Assembly (NCBI RefSeq): GCF_037042905.1
Contig: NC_087252.1
Coordinates: 8,744,001 to 8,808,000, forward strand
Length of the DNA stretch: 64,000 nt
From: Lytechinus pictus
Taxonomy: Eukaryota
Direction: 5' to 3'
Of the stretch, positions 53,180 to 64,000 are shown one piece after another. The notes under the pieces are model-generated. The model did no database searches, was not told the DNA's origin, and worked only from the letters and a program-made list of their open reading frames with translations. Numbering within the stretch: the stretch's first letter is position 1; each line of letters begins with the position of its first letter. The translations under genes and the position numbers were made by a program.

Positions 53180-53365
53180 TTACAAGATGCAGTAGGTCCC
53201 GAAATAACCAAGCAGGACCTGGTGCCGGCGTTCAAGGGTCTCCTGAAGGACTGCGAGGCAGAGGTCAGAGCAGCCGCTGCTCACAAAGTCAAAGCATTCT
53301 GTGAGCACCTGTCCGAAGACATGAGGGAGGAGGCCATCATGACACAGCTTCTGCCCTGTATCAAG
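53180..53365 (+). CDS. PPP2R1A: PP2A subunit A, exon 7
   Basis: tag|[42 protein letters not shown]...LLPCIK|gtcaat. Confidence 0.95.
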
Positions 53366-53405
53366 GTCAATATTTCAAGACATTTCATCAAATTTACTTC
53401 ATGTA

Positions 53406-53675
53406 GAGGTGTTGTGGCTCAGTGGATAAGTCTCTGGACTTTGAACCACAAGGTCCGGCGCTCAAATCCCACCGCAGCACTCGCGTTTTTTGGCAAGGCG
53501 TTTATCTATATTTGCCACTCTTCACCCAGGAGTAGTAAATGGGTACTCGGTAGGAAGGAATTCCTTGCATGTTCGAGCGCCCGATCAGAGTAGCCGTGCT
53601 AAAGCCGGGGTAATAGTATGTAGCGCTAAGATACATTTGTGTTAAGTGCTATATAAATGTTGCATATTATTATTA
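53406..53675 (+). mobile_element. tRNA-derived SINE related to family A
   Basis: A box TGGCTCAGTGG, degenerate B box, core CACCCAGG..AAATGGGTAC, (ATT)n tail. Confidence 0.85.
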
Positions 53676-54229
53676 AAAGTTTTTGTTGCCGCCGGTACGG
53701 CCGTCATTGTCATATGTCTTGAAAGAAATACAATGTTTTGAGATTCATGAAAGTTTCGCATAAATTTAATATGTTATCTTGCACTTTATTTTGTATATCA
53801 AAGGTTATAGCCATGTTCTCTTGATACTAGTAGTAGAATGTCTCAAATCAGTTATGCAACATCTGGCAAACGTTCAATTAGTGTAAAAAGTAGTATTTGT
53901 TTGGCGATTGTTGGTAAACTGATTTAATGATTTGATTGTTCAGGTTTTTCTCTCAGGCTTAATGAATTCAATTTAATTATTTGATTATCACTCAAGGCCT
54001 ATGCTATTTTTTTAAAAGTGTTTGACCAACACACTTCTCATAGTAATGAACATTGGTAGCACTTGTATTATGATACAGACAACTTGGTGTAAACACAAAA
54101 TGAATGAGACTTTGTCTTTTGGGGCATTTCCACTCTTTTCTCTCTCAGACAATAGATTTTGCTGATGAGATGAAAAAAATGAATCCATGGGATAAATGTC
54201 ATTTTTCATATGTTTTTGTTATTATTCAG

Positions 54230-54315
54230 GACCTTGTAGTTGACCCGAATCAGCATGTGAAGAGCGCTCTTGCTTCCGTCATCATGGGACTTTCGCCTAT
54301 TCTTGGGAAGGACAG
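54230..54315 (+). CDS. PPP2R1A: PP2A subunit A, exon 8
   Basis: cag|[28 protein letters not shown]|gtaag. Confidence 0.95.
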
Positions 54316-54462
54316 GTAAGTGACCTGACTATTTTAGCATAGAGCGAAGGGAGTGGGGAGGGGGGATTTGTTACCCCCCTGTCTTCATCTTTTCCATTTA
54401 TTATAGCAAGATGCGACGGGACCACCTGAGCTTCGTAACATAAAGTTTAGCTATTGATCATG

Positions 54463-54861
54463 CAGACATGCCAACCGTTCCCTTTTTAATATATTTGTTC
54501 CTCTTTTTGCTATGAATACACAATTCTTTTTTTGTATGATTTGTTGCTTTTTTTAAATTTCCGATCATGGAGTATGTATTATGCACAGCGCGTGACACTA
54601 GCACCAGTCCGACAGTCCCAGATCGGTAAAAATCACTGTCGTCCAGTAACTCGTTGCATGAAAAGAACAAGTCATTTCTCGCCTACGAGGACATGTTGAA
54701 AAGGGTGAATTATCAAGTTTTCAAGTAGAGGCATTTCACATGTTTTTTAACCAATCTCACTACAATAGGCTGGCGATTGTTACGTTGAGACATTTTAAGA
54801 AATACGCTTTTTTTTACTTCTAAGAAATACCTTTTTTTGTAGTAGAAGGTTGGCAGGTCTG
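54463..54861. mobile_element. hAT-type MITE with 7-bp TSD
   Basis: CAGAC(A/C)TGCCAACC TIR; GATCATG duplicated. Confidence 0.8.
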
Positions 54862-55511
54862 GATCATGGGACTGATATCTAAGATTGATATCTACGATTG
54901 ATTTCATAGGTTTATTGTGTGTGATCTTTCATGAAATTCAGACCCACAATCGATTGCAAAGTTTAGTGTTACAGGTCCCTGGTCATGTCCTGTATGCTTT
55001 AACTCTTAATGTGCCATTCACTGTAATCAGCGAGTGCCATATTTTTTTCAAAGAGTCTATATTTAATTTTTTTATTTATAAAAAAAGAATCACTCCTGAG
55101 AAAATAATGTTAAACCTCTTGACCATAAGCTGAACTGAACAATGGAATCGCTCATGCATGCTATGCACTTCTCAAAATGCAATAGGCATAACAATAGCTG
55201 TATGACCATTGCACGAAAATGTGTTCGTGGCACTCCAGTGGATGCACAGATATGTGTTCATGGCACGTTAAAGAGTTAACACTAAGCCAACATTGGATGG
55301 GGGTCAATTTGAAACCCCAATGTCTGTGCAACCTATACCCGTACAAGATATGCCATAACCCTACAACCTCCCTGTTTTGAATGTAGCACTAGAGGGAAGC
55401 TTGAAAGAAAGACAAAGGCGACTAATGCCACTTACAGTGCTCGCTCAGTGCATTCAAGCGATTGATTGGGACGCTGTCAGAGAGGGTCATGGGTTCAAGT
55501 CCCAGCTATGA

Positions 55512-56438
55512 CAGAGCTTCCCAGTCTCCCGGATCATGCGGGAGAATACTGGATTGCGATCCAATCTCCCGTTCTCCCGACCCCATGCCAAAATCTCCCG
55601 GATAATCAGGATTTTTAGCTGTTAAATTGTAAAATTCATACAAACGACTGTTTTACGAGTCTAGCATGTTCAACTCCCTAACACCCACGTGGAACCTCCT
55701 TATCACATTTTCATTTTACCCAGTAACTTTTACCAGTTTTTGTATAATCGTACATTGATTTCCAATGTAAATGAAGATAATTTTACTGAACGACTGGTGA
55801 AGTAGTCTAACAAGCCATTTTATTTCCGGGTTCTGCAATGTGTGTGATGAAAACACTTCAGCGGTACTCCATGCACATGGCCCCGGATGCGGCCGGCGCG
55901 GCTCCAGCCGGCCGCGCTGCGCCAGGAAGCTACGAGAAGGGAAGTTCACGAGCACTGCGAGTCATTTTTCGTAAGCTTGTGTGCGCTTTATTCGAGCTGA
56001 AACTGTGGATCAACGATGGGATTAACAAGTGAATTACTTTTACACCCCGACTTTAAGTTTCAGGAATAATTCTATTGACAATCCTGAAGAACCAGAAGCA
56101 AAATGGAGATTTTTTCGCCTACTTACACTTGGGTTGATCGGATTCGAACATTTTCTCTTTCGTGAGTGAGCTAGCCTGGCGTTGGCTGGCTGAGCTGTGC
56201 GAAGCACGCCCCGTCCCGATTCATCCACACTACAATCGCATCGTCGGTGACCATGGAGATCTTGGAGATGGAGTAATCCAAGAAGACCAAGACGACAAAA
56301 TACTTTTCGAAGTATAAAGATAATTTTCAAGCGGAATGGGACTGTGTGACAATTTTCACAGGAATCCCTCAGACTCAGAGACATACCTCCGCTCCGAAAA
56401 ATCTACTGGATTCTATCTTTCCAATGTTGGCAGCTCTG
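55512..56438 (+). mobile_element. Deleted hAT-type transposon inserted into a SINE (SINE halves at ~55437-55511 and 56439-56585)
   Basis: CAGAGCT(T/G)CC TIR; flanks CTATGA/CTATGT; remnant SKKTKTTKYFSKYKDNFQAEWDCV near 56278-56350. The SINE B box GGGTTCAAGTCCC lies immediately to the left. Confidence 0.7.
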
Positions 56439-57114
56439 CTATGTTGTTGATTTCTTTCAGCAAGAGATTTAACCACCCTGTGCTGCACCCGACACAGGTG
56501 GGGATGTGGAAGGATTCATTCCTTGAATCGCTTGACCCCTTTAACTAGGCTGCAGGGTCCAAAGCTGAGATAATGATAATAATATTTATGTCGAGGAAGT
56601 GGGTTTGCCTTATACCATGCGATGAGTCTTACAAGGAAAGGTGGATGGAGGTAGAAGTGAAATGGAGAGGCGAGAATGTGGAAGGTAGGGAATTTTTTTC
56701 TGAAATAAGTGTAGTCCTCTTCAGGTCTCGCTCAACCAGGTCCCCATAACGCGAAGATTGGCGATGAATAGCAAATATGAAATGAAATATTCCTGGGGCC
56801 TGTTGCATAAAACTTTTTACCTGAGAAAACTCTGGTAAAAACTGAAAACTAAGGTTAGTCTGATTTCTGCCATTGACTTTAACACAGGGCAAAAACTCTG
56901 GTAAAAACAACCTGAGTTTTCTCAGGTAAAAAGTTTTATGCAACGGGCCCCTGGTCCGTATTTTGCACCAAATGCGAGTGTAATATTGATTGGTCAGTTC
57001 ATTTAGCGATTGATCGCTAATTTTTGTGTTACGGAGCACAGGATGCACCACATGGCGGTACCTTAACGCTTATCTAACTGTATTGTATTTATTATGTAAT
57101 GTTTTCTTCTTCAG

Positions 57115-57337
57115 GACTATAGAGCACCTGTTACCGCTGTTCTTGACTGCGCTGAAGGACGAATGCCCGGAGGTCAGGCTGAACATCATCAGTAACCTTG
57201 ACTGTGTCAACAAGGTCATTGGCATCAGTCAACTAGCACAGTCTCTACTCCCAGCCATTGTAGAACTGGCAGAGGATAACAAATGGAGGGTTCGACTTGC
57301 TATCATAGAGTACATGCCACTACTAGCTGCACAACTG
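57115..57337 (+). CDS. PPP2R1A: PP2A subunit A, exon 9
   Basis: cag|[28 protein letters not shown]...[19 protein letters not shown]|gtaag. Confidence 0.96.
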
Positions 57338-58258
57338 GTAAGTCCATGAGGGGAAGTCGGAGAGAATGGAGAAACCAATACACCATTGCGCCACCGTCTT
57401 AGAGGCTGGAGCCATTGCCATGCATGTGTTGGTGATCTGCAGCTAGCAAATCTCTGACAACTCTGTTTACATGTGTTCATATATCCTCCGAGGGAGGGCG
57501 CTATGAGATTTATGATGTCATATACATAAGGTTTATGAGTAGGGATGCTACTTTTCAGTTTTAAGCTTTAAATCGGGCCTAGGCAACTTACTTTCAGGCC
57601 AAAGAAAATGCATTCTCTGTACAAAAATGCCCAAGCTAGATAATTTTTCGGCTTGAATAATAATTCTTTGTGACATTCCTGAATGAACTTCAAGTTCTTT
57701 TTGTGTTAGTAAAAAAGGTACACTGCAAATGAATGCTGTTTAAAATTGCTGATGCTCAAAGTATACCAAAACAAACAGCGGAAATTTTTTGTTGAATATT
57801 ATGTGAAGCAAGGTCCTTGTGCAATTTAGACATGCACCAAACGTGATTTGTTTAAGATCATCAAAGATGCCATTTGAATTAAAGCTTTTGAAAGAAATTA
57901 TGTTTTTAGCCATTTTGTGTATTCGAGCCAGCGGAAGAATAGTCCATACCTTAATAAATCACAATTATAGTACCAATTCGGCCAATTTGAAGTATCCATT
58001 GGTATAGTCATGTTACAAACTTTTCCAACTTTAGAAAATTCATAATTTTCTTATTTCTAGTTTGATATTGTTAATTTTTCAACTATCTGCCTATGTGCTT
58101 TTTATTTTTCCTCTGAAAACACGTTTCTTTTTGGTCCGGATTTCCCTCCAATGTATTATCTACTGTACTGACTGTTCTACAAAAAGAAAAGAATTGAACA
58201 CTGTTCGTTTGGCCTTTTCTAATGCATGTTTTTTTTAATGGTTTTATTCTTGATGTAG

Positions 58259-58319
58259 GGTGTAGAGTTCTATGATGAAAAGCTGAATTCTCTTTGCATG
58301 TCATGGCTCGTGGACAATG
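58259..58319 (+). CDS. PPP2R1A: PP2A subunit A, exon 10
   Basis: tag|GVEFYDEKLNSLCMSWLVDN|gtaag. Confidence 0.95.
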
Positions 58320-58825
58320 GTAAGTCTATATGCGGTAAATAGTATGCAGTTATTGACTGATATGATGGATAATATCATTCTACAGACCACTGGAGTTATA
58401 ATAAGTGTTTATAATTTTCCGAAGCTCCAAGGGTAAAGTATGATCACAAGGAAAAACATAACTGTTAGGTGGTCTACTGAATGGTAGATGGTTTACACAA
58501 TCCTGCTAAGTATATCTGTTATGTTTGAGAGTTTTTAAAGCATTTTGGAGCTTGATTGAAGTTGTTGCCATCACAAACAGTTACAGTTTTATTGGTGGAT
58601 AAAACAATGGAGTAAAGACTATTGAATTGATTGTAAGGTTTAGAATCATATCAAAGAGCTGACATCTGCGTTTAAATTGATGAGACATAATTTGAAAATC
58701 CATCATGAAAATCAATGTTGGGTTCTTATACACTAGCAGTCAGAGGTTCTTCTGCAGCAGCACAGAATACACTCTCAACCAAGCAACATTTGATAACTAT
58801 GTACAATCTCTCTCTTTTTATGTAT

Positions 58826-59215
58826 GAGCGAAGTTGGCTCAGTAGTTTAAGTGTCTGCCTGACGAACCAAAGGTCATGGGTTTGAGTCCACCCCTGGGCA
58901 GATGACCGAAGCCTGCGTTGTGTGTAAGCGTCTCTCCCCTGTTCATAGATGCAGGCTATGTTACAGTGGAAAACACTCCGTCCCTTGGATAGGATGTTAA
59001 ATAGAGGCCCTGTGTAGAGGAGAGTCACTGCCTTTGCATGTTAAGAACCCACTGCACTTTTCATAGAAGAGTAAGGGGAAACCCCGGTGTAGTGGTCCAC
59101 CTGCACTCCCCCAATCAGTTATATCGGGAGGAGAGACCTACGGGTCATGGTGATTCAGTTCGCTTTTCGCCTCCCAAGCACAGGTGATGCCAAACAAATA
59201 ATAATAATAGTAATA
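58826..59215 (+). mobile_element. tRNA-derived SINE with Deu/Nin-like central domain
   Basis: A/B boxes, then CCGTCCCTTGGATAGGATGTTAAATAGAGGCCCTGTG..AAGAACCCACTGCAC..GAAGAGTAAGGGG..CCCCGGTGT; (AAT)n tail. Confidence 0.75.
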
Positions 59216-59338
59216 GACATTGCATCATTATTCTTTAGACTACCGTGTTGTGTTAAGCTTTATTGTCACTACTCATCTATAATAAACCAAAAGTGGATTG
59301 AATTGAAATGAATTGAATTTTTTATTCGGTTCTTGCAG

Positions 59339-59412
59339 TATATGCCATCAGAGAAGCTGCTACACTCAATCTCAAGAAGCTCGTAGAAAAGTTTGGTTCA
59401 TCATGGGCACAG
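59339..59412 (+). CDS. PPP2R1A: PP2A subunit A, exon 11
   Basis: cag|[25 protein letters not shown]|gtaag. Confidence 0.95.
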
Positions 59413-60424
59413 GTAAGTTATTAACCAGGGGGCATATTCTGAAAATTCTTTCAAGAGAAATATTCTTGTATCTTCAGTTACAACAAATAAAAAAAAACAT
59501 GTATTCTGAAAATTCTTGTATCTTTTCTTGTTAATATTCTTGTGACTTTCGCTGAGCGCGTATGATGTCAGAGCTGGAATTGTGCGTAAGCTAAATCGGC
59601 GCATAAATATCTATGTGCGCAAGACAACATATCGAGATAAAAGTTATTCTGAAAATCCTCTTATCTTTGCGTTCTGTTAACTTGGAAAATACAAAAAAAT
59701 TACAAGAGGTAGGGGGCTATTGTAACTTAATGTTGCATGCGATATTTGTCCGTCTGCAATAATAATTTCTTGCTCCATCCCGCAAGAACATCATGTTTTA
59801 CAAAAGGAGACATTCCAAAGACATAACAACGGATCGGTAGACTTTTCAAGAATTAAAAATTGGTATTCAAGATGATGAATCTTTCCAGAGAAAACATGTC
59901 TTTTAGAACAGCCACAAGTACTTTTAGCACAGACGCGCACAAGCATAAGCGTCGGGGGGTGCAACAAAATTACGCCTCATATCAACAATGCGTTCAATTT
60001 TTTTTTAGAAGAGATGCTTCTATTGGTTGACCTAAGATATAGGTCAACCAATAAAGAATTAATTTATTGGTTAATGATAAAATATTTGGCGTGTCAGAGA
60101 TAAAATAGGGGACGTCCTTACAGAGATAAGACAATTTTGAGAATACCGATTTGAGACAATTTTAGTTATCTTGCTGAGTTACAAGAATATTAAAGACAAT
60201 CTTGAGAATACCATCCGAGGGCACTGTATCACAAAGCATAGTGATTAATCATCAGGCTGATATCTACATGTAAGATCAATTCCATTGATTATTGTCTATG
60301 GTCAATCATAAAATCAGTTTCACAGTCAATGGCTAAACTTTGCATTTTGGGGCGTAGGACAGTTAGCCTTGACTATCCGGGCCTGGTGAGATGAAGCTTA
60401 GCGACGGATCGCGGGATTGATTTT

Positions 60425-60775
60425 TGTTTTGTCTCGCCTGCATAGCAGACTGAGTGTGTAGGTTGCTGTATTTCTGATGGCGGCGTCGTAAACATTGAAA
60501 TCTTAATCTACAGTTAAGTTTTTGAAATGTCATAAGTTAGGAAGTATATGGACCAAGTTTATGAAACTTTGATATAAGAGTTATCAAGTATCACTGATCA
60601 TCTTACATGAGTTTCAGGTCACATGACCAAGGTCAAAGGTCATTTAGGGTCAATGCACTTAGACCATGTTGGGAGAATCAACATGGAAATCTTAATCAAG
60701 GTTCAGTTTTTTAAATGTGATAACTTTGAAAGAATGTGGATCTAGTTTATGAAACTTGGACAGAAGGGTAATGGT
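60425..60775 (+). mobile_element. Helentron-like non-autonomous fragment
   Basis: TTTTGTCTCGCCTGCATAGCAG start, GGCGGCGTCG microsatellite, and two core units with ATGAAACTT(T/G)G and GGTCAAAGGTCA. Confidence 0.5.
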
Positions 60776-60989
60776 GTATATCTCTCTCTCAATTCTCCTT
60801 CAACACCCCTTTTCCATCACTCCCAATCTCTTTTTCATAATTTCCTACCTCGATTTGTCACTCCCACCCCTTTTTCTTCACCCTGCCCCCTCCCTGTCAC
60901 CATCTCCTTTTCCATTTCTCCCCACCCTTTTTATCACTGCACCTCTCCCCTCCATCTCATTACTCTGCCCATTTTTCCTTCCACCTCTC

Positions 60990-63260
60990 TCTTTGTCTCT
61001 CTCAACCCCACCCACTCCACTCCCCTATCTTATCTCTCTCTGTCCATCTCAACCCCACCCACTCCACTCCCCTATCTTATCTCTCTCTCTCTTTGTCTCT
61101 CTCAACCCCACCCACTCCACTCCCCTATCTTATCTCTCTCTTTGTCTTTCTCAACCCCACCCACTCCACTCCCCTATCCTATCTCTCTCTCTGTCCTTCT
61201 CAAACCCACCCACTCCACTTTCCTATCTTATCATTCTCTCTTTCTCAACCCCACCCACTCCACTTCCATATCTTATCATTCTCTCTTTCTCAACCCCACC
61301 CACTCCACTTCCCTATCTTATCATTCTCTCTTTCTCAAACCCACCCACTCCACTTCCCTATCTTATCATTCTCTCTTTCTCAAACCCACCCACTCCACTT
61401 CCCTATCTTATCATTCTCTCTTTCTCAAACCCACCCACTCCACTTCCCTATCTTATCATTCTCTCTTTCTCAAACCCACCCACTCCACTTCCCTATCTTA
61501 TCATTCTCTCTTTCTCAACCCCACCCACTCCACTTCCCTATCTTATCATTCTCTCTTTCTCAAACCCACCCACTCCACTTCCCTATCTTATCATTCTCTC
61601 TTTCTCAAACCCACCCACTCCACTTCCCTATCTTATCATTCTCTCTTTCTCAACCCCACCCACTCCACTTCCCTATCTTATCTCTCTCTCTGTCCTTCTC
61701 AAACCCACCCACTCCACTTCCCTATCTTATCATTCTCTCTTTCTCAACCCCACCCACTCCACTTCCCTATCTTACCATTCTCTCTTTCTCAAACCCACCC
61801 ACTCCACTTCCCTATCTTATCATTCTCTCTTTCTCAAACCCACCCACTCCACTTCCTATCTTATCATTCTCTCTTTCTCAAACCCACCCACTCCACTTCC
61901 CTATCTTATCATTCTCTCTTTCTCAAACCCACCCACTCCACTTCCCTATCTTATCATTCTCTCTTTCTCAAACCCACCCACTCCACTTCCCTATCTTATC
62001 ATTCTCTCTTTCTCAAACCCACCCACTCCACTTCCCTATCTTATCATTCTCTCTTTCTCAAACCCACCCACTCCACTTCCATATCTTATCATTCTCTCTT
62101 TCTCAAACCCACCCACTCCACTTCCCTATCTTATCATTCTCTCTTTCTCAAACCCACCCACTCCACTTCCCTATCTTATCATTCTCTCTTTCTCAAACCC
62201 ACCCACTCCACTTCCCTATCTTATCATTCTCTCTTTCTCAAACCCACCCACTCCACTTCCCTATCTTATCATTCTCTCTTTCTCAACCCCACCCACTCCA
62301 CTTCCCTATCTTATCATTCTCTCTTTCTCAAACCCACCCACTCCACTTCCCTATCTTATCATTCTCTCTTTCTCAAACCCACCCACTCCACTTCCCTATC
62401 TTATCATTCTCTCTTTCTCAACCCCACCCACTCCACTTCCCTATCTTATCTCTCTCTCTGTCCTTCTCAAACCCACCCACTCCACTTCCCTATCTTATCA
62501 TTCTCTCTTTCTCAACCCCACCCACTCCACTTCCCTATCTTACCATTCTCTCTTTCTCAAACCCACCCACTCCACTTCCCTATCTTATCATTCTCTCTTT
62601 CTCAACCCCACCCACTCCACTTCCCTATCTTATCATTCTCTCTTTCTCAAACCCACCCACTCCACTTCCCTATCTTATCATTCTCTCTTTCTCAAACCCA
62701 CCCACTCCACTTCCCTATCTTATCATTCTCTCTTTCTCAACCCCACCCACTCCACTTCCCTATCTTATCATTCTCTCTTTCTCAAACCCACCCACTCCAC
62801 TTCCCTATCTTATCATTCTCTCTTTCTCAAACCCACCCACTCCACTTCCCTATCTTATCATTCTCTCTTTCTCAACCCCACCCACTCCACTTCCCTATCT
62901 TATCTCTCTCTCTGTCCTTCTCAAACCCACCCACTCCACTTCCCTATCTTATCATTCTCTCTTTCTCAACCCCACCCACTCCACTTCCATATCTTATCAT
63001 TCTCTCTTTCTCAACCCCACCCACTCCACTTCCCTATCTTATCATTCACTCTTTCTCAACCCCACCCACTCCACTTCCCTATCTTATCATTCTCTCTTTC
63101 TCAAACCCACCCACTCCACTTCCTATCTTATCATTCTCTCTTTCTCAAACCCACCCACTCCACTTCCCTATCTTATCATTCTCTCTTTCTCAAACTCACC
63201 CACTCCACTTCCCTATCTTATCATTCTCTCTTTCTCAACCCCACCCACTTCACTTCCCTC
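60990..63260. repeat. 45-bp minisatellite (~50 copies) in PP2A intron 11
   Basis: Unit CTCAA(A/C)CCCACCCACTCCACTTCCCTATCTTATCATTCTCTCTTT, G-free on the + strand; variant units near 61680, 62450 and 62900. Confidence 0.97.
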
Positions 63261-63292
63261 TCCTTATATTTCTCTCTCCATCTCCCATACAG

Positions 63293-63516
63293 CATACCAT
63301 TATCCCGAATATCCTAGCCATGTCTAAGGATTCCAACTATCTTCATCGTATGACATGTCTTTTCTCTGTCAACGTCCTCATTGACGTCGTTGATCCAGAA
63401 GTTGTTATGAAGTTAATGTTGCCTACTATCACCTCTCTTGCTGGGGATGCCGTCGCCAATGTCCGCTTCAACGTTGCCAAGACTCTCCAGAAGATGGTAC
63501 CACTCGTCAATCCCCC
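63293..63516 (+). CDS. PPP2R1A: PP2A subunit A, exon 12 (gene continues beyond the window)
   Basis: cag|[27 protein letters not shown]...[23 protein letters not shown]|gtgagt. The last HEAT repeat is not in the window. Confidence 0.95.
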
Positions 63517-64000
63517 GTGAGTTCCAACGATGTATATTCATTGTACATTCAAACGTCAGCCTATTGCTCAGAAAGTCTGATGCCACATTTGCTGAACCCA
63601 TTTGGTCTTTTACCAATCTGGGCCAGGTTGCATAAAAGTTACTATTATAGTAACTTTGCCATCCAATGGTAACTACCATGGTAACGATGATCATCAGCCA
63701 ATCAGAATGGAGGATTCCATGAAAGATATCATGGGATGGCAAATTTACCGTTATTGGTAACTTTTACGCAACGGGGCCTAGGTCTAAATAGAGAGTTCCC
63801 AGTTTTTGTTTACACATAGGGGAAAGCAACAAAAAAATCACAGAATTCTAAACTAAATTTTTCAGGCTAAAGATAATGAGCTGCGTTAAATAGAGTACCA
63901 AAGTGATGATATCACAAAAAAAACTTTTTTTGCATTTCAGTATTTTTGATACCTTAATTTGGTAGAGTATGATGAAAAACCTGTATAACCCTAATTTGGT

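Noticed and set aside
54155..54185. CTGATGA..GAAA hammerhead core (also CTGATGA inside the Kolobok-like MITEs)
   Set aside because: No supporting stems I-III could be formed.
60749..63520. Three overlapping ORFs of 744-923 aa
   Set aside because: The G-free 45-bp repeat cannot form TAG or TGA and lacks TAA, so all frames stay open. Only 63293-63516 is a real PP2A exon.

Overview
Eukaryotic, AT-rich, intron-containing animal DNA. The repeat style suggests a sea urchin or other echinoderm (inference only). There are two head-to-head genes. (1) On the minus strand (about 6008-11644), a 3-exon gene for a single-pass membrane protein with a signal peptide, a WSC domain, an S/T/P-rich stalk, a TM helix and a tyrosine-motif tail. 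(2) On the plus strand, from 40521 past the window end, the PP2A scaffold A subunit (PPP2R1A/B-like); 12 coding exons were traced with consistent splice phases, and the C-terminal exon(s) lie beyond the window. The ~29 kb between the genes and most introns are a nested mosaic of L2/CR1-type and RTE LINE fragments, tRNA-derived SINEs and non-autonomous DNA transposons. Superfamily calls (EnSpm-, hAT-, Kolobok-, Harbinger-, Zator-, Sola-, MULE-, Academ-, Helentron-like) rest only on termini and TSDs read by eye. Most notable: an 8.1 kb EnSpm-like element carrying its own promoter-like island and a chain of apparently spliceable non-coding exons, one derived from an RTE LINE; a 9.3 kb TAG-ended element terminating 136 bp before the PP2A start codon; a ~2.5 kb AG-free minisatellite directly abutting a PP2A 3' splice site; and the Wsc1-like receptor. 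I found no convincing wholly new multi-gene system. The long ORFs at 60.7-63.5 kb are repeat artefacts.
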